Assembly: GCA_044222185.1 (NCBI GenBank)
Contig: JBGANV010000001.1
Location: 384,001-448,000, forward strand
Source of the DNA: Planctomycetota bacterium
GTDB lineage: Bacteria > Planctomycetota > GCA-002687715 > CAIWVZ01
DNA length: 64,000 nt
Reading direction: 5' to 3'
The notes beneath the pieces were generated by a model. That model made no database searches and was not told the origin of the DNA. It worked only from the letters and a program-made list of their open reading frames with translations. Position 1 is the stretch's first letter. Each line of letters starts with the position of its first letter. The position numbers and the translations under genes are program-made. Below, one piece after another: positions 51,601 through 58,148 of this stretch.

Positions 51601-51797
51601 AAGAGGGCGCTCCATCCGGGGTGCGCGGCCGAGAACGCGCGAAATGCGACGTGCTGCCTCGCGAGCTCTGCTTGGAGTCCCCAGTCGATCGCCGAACGGT
51701 TGCTTCGGGACCGCGTCACCTCGTCGGGCGTAGACTGCGCCGTGCAGAGCCCGACTGCCGAACCGATCACGAACGCTGCGATCGACAAGTTCCTCAT
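48687..51797 (-). CDS. Large secreted M4/M36-like zinc metallopeptidase with propeptide and accessory beta domains
   Basis: Signal peptide; FTP/PepSY-like propeptide (F.QSVGG, FVDAETG); HEYGH...GEGLSD; LDDDDGDVTNGTPN. Confidence 0.8.
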   Translation of the reverse strand: MRNLSIAAFVIGSAVGLCTAQSTPDEVTRSRSNRSAIDWGLQAELARQHVAFRAFSAAHPGWSALFDPRTRQPIAATGPGIQLVGPGASEAEIRNAAEDVNSRLVAGIWGCDPTQQALASAVRAGRLWYLHFVQSVGGMRIQNAGLELRIDESGRLVMFGGEIHATGDWKPRREISPAQACEATRMDARLTSALALQSAEVAAISEVIIVRETDAARVLVPCIAVTSRWDAPDGPRSWTTFVDAETGAVAESKSDVLSCRAEDPCPSIDGTSWGSARSETGRPAAAPPGVLSGLVTGSVHEGRLPWQTPVPRALPGVTVTVDGATTTSDGTGFYTSPTLGSIAVVSSLLNGPWVRCTAASPLANVTQLAPAGTWNVAFTDQNSTVTQRNLTYFLTKAHTILKARAPSNVWADSQLPGTLGGLTPGVAAFDPLTNAVQFSAAGNGIYDTATMPSLMVHEYGHFITVNTYKANGRIIPQDLGEGLSDAMGAIVENTPRIGDGWQGPGTVVRDLTVGCQWPSSCGTQIHQVGLILAGAAWDTRNLFVARYGPAGAVTFEERFYRHFAGTPLSFTLSILEMLLLDDDDGDVTNGTPNADLFFQGFTLGHGIPFPIPPVTIAPVPIQDSMDQYQSYRLQCRVTSLRALSTVVADVYWRLDGGSWTQQPMAPVGGSDWAAQIPVQPVGSIIDYYFQASDSASAVGTSPPSAPIQFHTLHVFRRTTVLREGFEANAGGWVSGAGPNPAYGGSGTNDWIRGVLTNTPHCIPCLSNILLNYDPHAAAEGSFVFATRIATANPPTPNGNVFWSTPVYSGNTLQWLDSPQVDCSQLDHVRLAYRRWLTVSDDGASGDRARIYARSASSTFTTLWQFAPGSGSFLDYSWKRQVLDLAAVADLQTGVQIRYDLLSDPGGSLGGWNVDDVRIYGHHVTRPPPLAGSGSQSPGGTFTLTVNGDAGDPYVIFASIALAPTFYPGFGMASIDVYDPASVIPIVLAGTIPAGGSANYNFVVPNAPGVSVHFQGIVGLDGTTSEGVITPVVTVSI

Positions 51798-51849
51798 CTT
51801 TCGACTCCGATGGCGATGTGTGCGCGCTCGCCGGATCTTCGAGTGGCCA

Positions 51850-53598
51850 TCAAAATGCGACCGATGCGCGTGACGCGTTGGTCGGGTCGAGCGTCAGGAA
51901 GCCCGTGTACGACGTCGGCGTTCCCGTGGGACTCGTCGTCGTCACGGTGACGGCGAGACCGGCCATCGCGCCGCCGGGCACCGCCGTGCTGCTTGGCGGA
52001 ACGACGGTCGGGCAGTCGAACTCGAAGGTCTGTCCCGTGAACACACCCGGTGCGAAGTTGAATTCGAGCCGGCGGAACCAGAGATTCGTCGGGTAAGTCG
52101 AGTGCGGAAGCTGGAGGCGCGCGCCCGTGTTCGCCGCCGGATCGCAGATGGATGCGGGAGTGCCCGAATAGTCCAGACCGCACACGATGTCACTGGCCTT
52201 GCGATACGTACCCCGGCATCCTGGCGCGACGCTGTTGCCGCCCTCGAACCGGTCGGTCACCCCGCCAGCGCCGGCGTCGAAGTGTCGAGCCGTCTGCGCC
52301 GGAACGCTGGACGCCGACCAATCGAGGACGACGCGGGTGATCGGATCCCTGGGGGTTGCCGCGGCACCACCCAGGTGCAGCACTCTCCAGAATCCGCGGC
52401 GAACGTCCGCGTTGCGGTCCGTGGGTCCCGATGCCTCGACGACGATGTCGCCTGGCGGTGGTGCGACGGTGACGTTCTGCACGTGACTGAGGTTGAAGCC
52501 ATCCGGCATCGTCGGATCCAGGATGAGCAGTTGCGTTGCATACGTGAACGTCGACGCGGCCGCTGGCTGGCGGAACCTCGCGTCGATGGATCCGGGCCAC
52601 GGAACGGCGAAGCTCGCCGTGGCGCCACCGAGGATCCAGGTGGCCAGGAGAGGGTCGACGTTCACCTTCTGGCCTCCGGCGGTGACGAGTCCGCCGGCGT
52701 TCGCTGGAACGGCCGGCGCCGCCGCCGTCAGCAGGAAATCGAAGGGGCGACCGGTCTGCCATGCGCCTGCGCGAAGGTTGGCGACTCCGGCTTCGCCGCC
52801 GAAGCGCGCGTAGTTCATGGGGACGAGCGTTCCCGGATCGGAGGCCCCGTCGATCGAGACGGAGGCTCCGTAGTGATTCGTTTGGTATTGGCCGAGTGAG
52901 TTCGCGCATCCTCCGAAATTCGGGACGTAGGCGATTCCCACGATGGGGGCGCTTTCGTTCACGGGGTTGAACTGGGTCGTCGTCCAGCTCGCAGCGGTGC
53001 AGCTGGACGTGTTGCCGTAACGCATGGCGCCGAGGCCACCGACGCTGCCGATTGCCACGTCGAGCTGCGTGCCCCAGGACGACGTCGTCCCGCACTTCGC
53101 GACCTCGATCACGAGATCGAAGCCGAGGGTCGGGTCGTAATCGAACGGGACTTGCAGGCCGAGCGGGACCCACGTGCCTACGGGCCCCGGGCCCGGCGCA
53201 AACGGCCCCGCACTGAGGGGACCGGTGCGCACTTGGACGCTCCCGAGCATGTTGGCGGCGAAGTTCGTCGCGTAGGTCGCGTAGCGGTAGTCGTTCGCCG
53301 CATAGGCCATCGTGACCGTGAGATTCGCGTACGAGAACGCTGCCACGGTGTATTGCGTGGAGAGGCTCCACTTCGGTCGGAAATAGAGCTCCGTGATCCT
53401 GATGCAAGTGTTCAGCGGAAAGTGGCGCGTGTCGTAGACGAAGTGCCATTTCCCGTCGGGGGTGTTGGCGAGCGGGTCGGACGTCCCCGACGTCCCGACC
53501 GTCTGCTCCAGGCCTGCCGGCAGCGACTGGAATTGTGCCGATGTGGTCGCCGTGCCGAGTACGAGTGCGACAACCGAGAATGCTGCGATCGAACGCAT
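51850..53598 (-). CDS. Secreted multidomain hypothetical protein
   Basis: RBS GGAGG; signal peptide ending TSA-Q; Thr/Gly/Pro-rich beta composition. Confidence 0.8.
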   Translation of the reverse strand: MRSIAAFSVVALVLGTATTSAQFQSLPAGLEQTVGTSGTSDPLANTPDGKWHFVYDTRHFPLNTCIRITELYFRPKWSLSTQYTVAAFSYANLTVTMAYAANDYRYATYATNFAANMLGSVQVRTGPLSAGPFAPGPGPVGTWVPLGLQVPFDYDPTLGFDLVIEVAKCGTTSSWGTQLDVAIGSVGGLGAMRYGNTSSCTAASWTTTQFNPVNESAPIVGIAYVPNFGGCANSLGQYQTNHYGASVSIDGASDPGTLVPMNYARFGGEAGVANLRAGAWQTGRPFDFLLTAAAPAVPANAGGLVTAGGQKVNVDPLLATWILGGATASFAVPWPGSIDARFRQPAAASTFTYATQLLILDPTMPDGFNLSHVQNVTVAPPPGDIVVEASGPTDRNADVRRGFWRVLHLGGAAATPRDPITRVVLDWSASSVPAQTARHFDAGAGGVTDRFEGGNSVAPGCRGTYRKASDIVCGLDYSGTPASICDPAANTGARLQLPHSTYPTNLWFRRLEFNFAPGVFTGQTFEFDCPTVVPPSSTAVPGGAMAGLAVTVTTTSPTGTPTSYTGFLTLDPTNASRASVAF

Positions 53599-53774
53599 GA
53601 ACGGTGACCTCCGCCATCCGCCGCTCTTGGGTCGGGCGGGAGTGCAGGAGTCAGGCGCGTTGTTCCGGGGCGGAGCCTAAGGCCGCGCGCGGCAGCCCGT
53701 CAACGGTCGTGGGGCGGAATGGTCGGGCAGCGCCGCCGGGCGCCGCGATGGCCGGCGGAACGCTCGCCGGCCCG

Positions 53775-54617
53775 TCACCGCCGCTGCGGCGCGCGCCGCT
53801 CGAAACTCGCCGCCGTGAAGACGTGGTGGCGGATGCCGAGATCCGCGAGCGTCAGGGAGGCTGCCGGCACGTGGGCTGCGCCGAGCATCAGGATCGCCCT
53901 TCGCTCCTTGCGTTCGACGAGGAGCGCCGCCAGGTTGCGCGCTGCTGCCGCACCTCGGCGCGCGACGTTCTTGCGGATGTTCCCGAGTAGCTCGACCTCG
54001 CGGCGCTTCAGGTCCGCGTCCGTCGGGCCCGAGGTCCAATCCGGTCGGCGCTGCAGCCGGGCGGTCTCGGTCAGTTTCTCGACCGACGACACGTCCGCGT
54101 CGTAGAGGTCGGGATCCTCGACGCCGACGACGAGGAGTTTGGGGCCGAAGTCGTGCTGGTAGCGCAGGGGCTGATAGACCGACCAGCGGTTCGGGTCGTC
54201 GCCGTTCTCGGCGGCCCACTCGAGATGGCCCAGGTGCTCCTGCCCGACGCCATCGGTGGGAAGCGGACCCTTTCTGAATTCGCAGCCGAACAGGTGGAAT
54301 CCGCGGCCCACCAGGTACGTCACAAGAGCGTGATGCTCCTTCTGCAACGCGCGGAGCTCGTCGTCGACGTAGGTGATGCCACCCCCCGTGGCGTGACGGT
54401 CGCGGATGACGACGACTTCGGGCTCGGGCGAAGTTCCGTCGACCGTCTGGATCGTCCCGAAGAACGTCAGTGCTGCAGCCAGTGGAGTGTCGGCGGGGGG
54501 CGGCTGAGGCGTGGCGCAACCTGCGCACATCGCGAGGAACAGGACCGCCCCGAAAGGCGCGGGCCGAAGCCGGCGCCGGGCGAATGCTGTGCGCGCCTCC
54601 GTGGGTGGCCCGGACAT
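53775..54617 (-). CDS. Hypothetical lipoprotein, possibly TraB/ChaN/EreA superfamily
   Basis: Lipobox-like CAGC; IRDRH, FGCE, LMLGAAHV. Confidence 0.65.
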   Translation of the reverse strand: MSGPPTEARTAFARRRLRPAPFGAVLFLAMCAGCATPQPPPADTPLAAALTFFGTIQTVDGTSPEPEVVVIRDRHATGGGITYVDDELRALQKEHHALVTYLVGRGFHLFGCEFRKGPLPTDGVGQEHLGHLEWAAENGDDPNRWSVYQPLRYQHDFGPKLLVVGVEDPDLYDADVSSVEKLTETARLQRRPDWTSGPTDADLKRREVELLGNIRKNVARRGAAAARNLAALLVERKERRAILMLGAAHVPAASLTLADLGIRHHVFTAASFERRAPQRR

Positions 54618-54669
54618 GGGCCGGTATGATGTGCCGTCGACGGAGCGACATCAAGAAAGCCAGGCCTTC

Positions 54670-56283
54670 ATGGACCCGTTTGAAACTGCGCGCCGCATCG
54701 CCTGCGCGGCAGTGGCCGCGCTGATCGTCGCGGTCGCCGCGGCCGCCCAGCAGAGCCCCACCGAGTGGAAGCTCGTCCATCGTTCCAACGAGGGCGACCT
54801 GGGTTCCTCGACCCTCGTCCGACTTACCGGCGAGATCCGTGTCGAGGGCTTCGCCGAGCCGACCGCCGACGATGCGGGGACACGGCTTCGCGCCCGCGTC
54901 GAGTTCGACGAGAAGGGATGGGTGCGCAACTACGAACGCGAGCTGCGTACTGCACGGGATGGCACGCTCGTCTCCCGGGTCTCGATCACCGCGACGGATA
55001 CGGGGGCTCGGGGCCGCGAATCGGGGCCCGTCGGATCCCGCACGCGCACGGTCGTCGGGCCTGCGTTCGACGCGGTCGTCGACGCGGCGGCGCCGGAGCT
55101 CTTGATCCCGCCACTGCTCGACCCGGCGCGGGTGAACTTCCGTGCATTGGTCCTGCCCGACTGGGAGATCCGGACCGTCGTCATCGAGACTCGCGAGGCT
55201 GGAGCCCGCTTCGTCGCGCTCACGGGCGGCGGATTCACCGTGGCGCGGGACTCGGCGGGGCGCTTCGCCCGCATGGTCCTTCCGGGCACGGGGGCGAGGG
55301 AAATCGTGCCTGCCGGTACGGCGAGTCGCGCCGCTCGACCGCACGTCGCCGAGACGCGCGCGACGATCGACGCAGGTGAGGTTCGGATCGGTTGGACGCT
55401 CGCGTTGCCGAAGGACCTCAGCCGCCCCGTGCCGTTCGCGTTGTTCCTCGGTGACGCGGGAGAGCGCGACCGGGATGGCGTGGGTCCGGGAAGTCAGGCG
55501 GCGCTGCTGGCACAACTCGCGGCGGACCTGGCCGAGCGCGGCTTCGCCACGGCGCGCTTCGACAAGCGCGGTGCGGGCGAGAGTCGAGGCCCCGAGCCGG
55601 GACTGAAGGATCTCGTGAACGACGCGGTCGCAGTTCTCGACGCGGCGTCGAAGGATCCACGGATCGCACGCGATCGCGTCGTCGCCGTAGGCCACGGGGA
55701 AGGCGCGCTCGTCGCCTGTGAACTCGCGAGGGGGTCCGCTGGCAGGGTGCAATCGATCGTCACCCTCGCGGGCCCTGGGCGCGGAATTGCCGACTCGCTC
55801 GAGGCTCGCCTGCGCGTGACGCTCGGCGCATCGGGGGAGAAGGACGAGAACATCGAAGCTGCCGTCGCCGCCGTGCGGAACGAGATCGCCGAGCTCAAGC
55901 AATTGGCGGAGGATGCTCCGTCGCCCGCGGGACAGAAGCTCATGCGGGATCTTGCGCGTCGCGATCCCGCGAGCCTTCTGGCCGAGGTCAGCGTTCCCGC
56001 CCTCGTCATCCACGGTGCGGCCGATCCGTTCGTCCCACCGGCACACGTCGCATTGCTTCGTGCGTCGCTCGCTTTCTCGACGGCCGGCCGTGTGCGATTC
56101 CAGCTTCTCGACCACGCGGACCACGATTTCCTGCTCGTTCCGGAAGGGACGGCCGCCGGGCGAACGCCAGGCGGCGCCGATGTCGCCCGATCGCTCCACC
56201 CGAGCGTCGGTGCGCTCATCGCCGATTTCTGCCGGGGAAACTGGGCTGAGTCACGGCCGTCCGCGCCGACCGGCGGAAAGTGA
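54670..56283 (+). CDS. Secreted alpha/beta-hydrolase-fold protein lacking the nucleophile Ser
   Basis: Signal peptide; DRDG, RFDKRGAGES, GHGEG (normally GHSEG), IHGAADP, ADH. Confidence 0.85.
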   Translation: MDPFETARRIACAAVAALIVAVAAAAQQSPTEWKLVHRSNEGDLGSSTLVRLTGEIRVEGFAEPTADDAGTRLRARVEFDEKGWVRNYERELRTARDGTLVSRVSITATDTGARGRESGPVGSRTRTVVGPAFDAVVDAAAPELLIPPLLDPARVNFRALVLPDWEIRTVVIETREAGARFVALTGGGFTVARDSAGRFARMVLPGTGAREIVPAGTASRAARPHVAETRATIDAGEVRIGWTLALPKDLSRPVPFALFLGDAGERDRDGVGPGSQAALLAQLAADLAERGFATARFDKRGAGESRGPEPGLKDLVNDAVAVLDAASKDPRIARDRVVAVGHGEGALVACELARGSAGRVQSIVTLAGPGRGIADSLEARLRVTLGASGEKDENIEAAVAAVRNEIAELKQLAEDAPSPAGQKLMRDLARRDPASLLAEVSVPALVIHGAADPFVPPAHVALLRASLAFSTAGRVRFQLLDHADHDFLLVPEGTAAGRTPGGADVARSLHPSVGALIADFCRGNWAESRPSAPTGGK

Positions 56284-56324
56284 TCGCCTTTGCGGACCCG
56301 TCTCGCAGGGGATAATCTTCCGCG

Positions 56325-57086
56325 ATGCAAACCCGCCCCGTCATTGGAATCACGCCGCGCACGATCCCGTTCTTCCATTCGGAGCGTGCCTACCCCCGCT
56401 ACGGCGTGGCGATCGCCTACGTGCGCGCCGTCGAGGTTGCCGGCGGATTGCCGGTGATCCTGCCGCAGTCGCGCGACATGCAGTTGCTGGAGGGCGCATT
56501 TCGCCTGCTCGACGGCCTGCTCCTGCCCGGCGGAATGGATGTCGACCCGTTCCATTACGGCGAAGAGCCGTTCCAGAAACTCCAGGATGTCGATCCGCTC
56601 CGCGACGAGACCGAGCTCTACCTCGCCAAGCGTGCATTGGCGGAGGATCTGCCGGTATTCGGCGTGTGCCGCGGCGAGCAGATCCTCAACGTCGCCGCCG
56701 GCGGATCCCTCTATCAGGACCTCGGCTCGCAACACGGGAGCGAGACGATCCGCCACTTCCAGCAGTTCTCTGAGGAGTGGCCGTCGCACACCGTGGAGGT
56801 CGCGCCAGGGACGATGCTCGCCGGGATCATCAACCAGTCCCGCGTCCGGGTGAACTCCTACCATCATCAGGCCGTCAAGCGCTTGGCGCCGGGGTTCCGC
56901 GTCACGGCCCAGGCCCCCGATGGGATCATCGAAGCCATCGAATCGACGACGCACACCTACGTGCTTGGTGTGCAATGGCACCCCGAGTTGTTGGTCGACA
57001 ACCTGGATTTCAACCTCGCGTTGTTCCGCCGCCACGTCGAGGCGGCGGCGCGTCATCGCGCGGAGCGGGCTGCATCGCAGCGCTGA
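56325..57086 (+). CDS. Gamma-glutamyl-gamma-aminobutyrate hydrolase family (peptidase C26, PuuD-like)
   Basis: PVIGIT, LLPGGMDVDP, GVCRG, VNSYHHQAV, GVQWHPE. Confidence 0.92.
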   Translation: MQTRPVIGITPRTIPFFHSERAYPRYGVAIAYVRAVEVAGGLPVILPQSRDMQLLEGAFRLLDGLLLPGGMDVDPFHYGEEPFQKLQDVDPLRDETELYLAKRALAEDLPVFGVCRGEQILNVAAGGSLYQDLGSQHGSETIRHFQQFSEEWPSHTVEVAPGTMLAGIINQSRVRVNSYHHQAVKRLAPGFRVTAQAPDGIIEAIESTTHTYVLGVQWHPELLVDNLDFNLALFRRHVEAAARHRAERAASQR

Positions 57087-58035
57087 TCCCCGACGTTGCG
57101 GATCCGCGCGCGATCGCCGCTGGTGCAATCCGTGGATGATGACCGTCGCACGTCGTCGAGCGCACGCGGATCTCACGCTGGGGGAACGGAATCTCGATCC
57201 CCGACGCCGTGAGTGCGCGATGGATGTGGAGGTTCATCCGGCTCCGATAGCGACCCGGGTCCTCGTCGTCGAGCTTCGTCCAGGCGAGCATCTCGAAGTC
57301 GAGCGATGACTCGCCGAAGCGCACGAGACGGACGTCGGGCGCGGGGTCGGGGAGCGTGAGGGGGTCGATGCGGGCACACTCCGAGAGCACGTCGATCACC
57401 CGCTCCGGATCGGAGCCGTAGGCGACAGATACGGGGAGGCGGATCCGGACCCGGGGGTCGCCGTGCGTCCAGTTCGTAACCGCCTTCGACACGAGCTCTC
57501 CGTTCGGAACGAGGACTGCGATGTTGTCCGTGCTGACGAGGAGCGACGTGCGCAGTCCGATGGAGCGCACCCGTCCGAGGACTCCCGATGTCTCGATCAG
57601 GTCACCGACTTCCACTGGTCGCGACGTGAGCAGGATGATCCCGGCTGCGAGATTACGGACGACGTCCTGGAGCCCGAATCCGACACCGAGTCCCAGTACG
57701 CCCAGGAGCACGCCCAGGCCGGTCGCATCGCAACCCAGCCGCTCCGTGCCCACGGCCACGGCGAGCAAGGTGAGAACGATGCGAAGGCATGCGACGAAGG
57801 CGAAGCGGCGACCCGGCCGAACGCCGGCGCGGCGCAAGATGGGATCGACCAGTCGGTTGGCGACGAGCCGAGCGATCACGACTCCGACGCAGACGACGAC
57901 GGCGAAGTCGGCGATGGAAGCCAGCGACCATTCGAAACCGCCGAGCGTGAGCCGGGGCTTCTGGATCGCGTCAGCCAGCCCTTGGAAGATGCGAGCCCCG
58001 AGCTCTCGAAGGGTGTCGGAGGGTGAGGGCGGCAT
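57010..58035 (-). CDS. Small-conductance mechanosensitive channel (MscS family)
   Basis: GVGFGLQDVVRNLAAGIILL, VGDLIE, VPNG, VAYGSD, IEIPFPQRE; 3' tail overlaps the PuuD-like gene convergently. Confidence 0.92.
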   Translation of the reverse strand: MPPSPSDTLRELGARIFQGLADAIQKPRLTLGGFEWSLASIADFAVVVCVGVVIARLVANRLVDPILRRAGVRPGRRFAFVACLRIVLTLLAVAVGTERLGCDATGLGVLLGVLGLGVGFGLQDVVRNLAAGIILLTSRPVEVGDLIETSGVLGRVRSIGLRTSLLVSTDNIAVLVPNGELVSKAVTNWTHGDPRVRIRLPVSVAYGSDPERVIDVLSECARIDPLTLPDPAPDVRLVRFGESSLDFEMLAWTKLDDEDPGRYRSRMNLHIHRALTASGIEIPFPQREIRVRSTTCDGHHPRIAPAAIARGSATSGISAAMQPAPRDDAPPPRRGGGTTRG

Positions 58036-58085
58036 GGTGGGTCGGATGCCGGCGCACGTTCCGGGTTTCCGGGGATAGGCCCCAT

Positions 58086-58133
58086 GAAAATGAAATCGGC
58101 CCTGGCGCCACGAGGGCGACAGGGCCGGGTTTC
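58086..58133 (-). terminator. Rho-independent terminator after the Kelch gene
   Basis: Minus strand GGCCCTG..CGCC/GGCG..CAGGGCC stem followed by ATTTCATTTTC. Confidence 0.65.
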
Positions 58134-58148
58134 AGCGGGCGTTCGCGA

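Noticed and set aside
57010-57160. 77-bp convergent overlap of the MscS and PuuD-like genes as a functional antisense system
   Set aside because: The MscS tail after PFPQRE is low-complexity and most simply reflects stop-codon drift in GC-rich DNA
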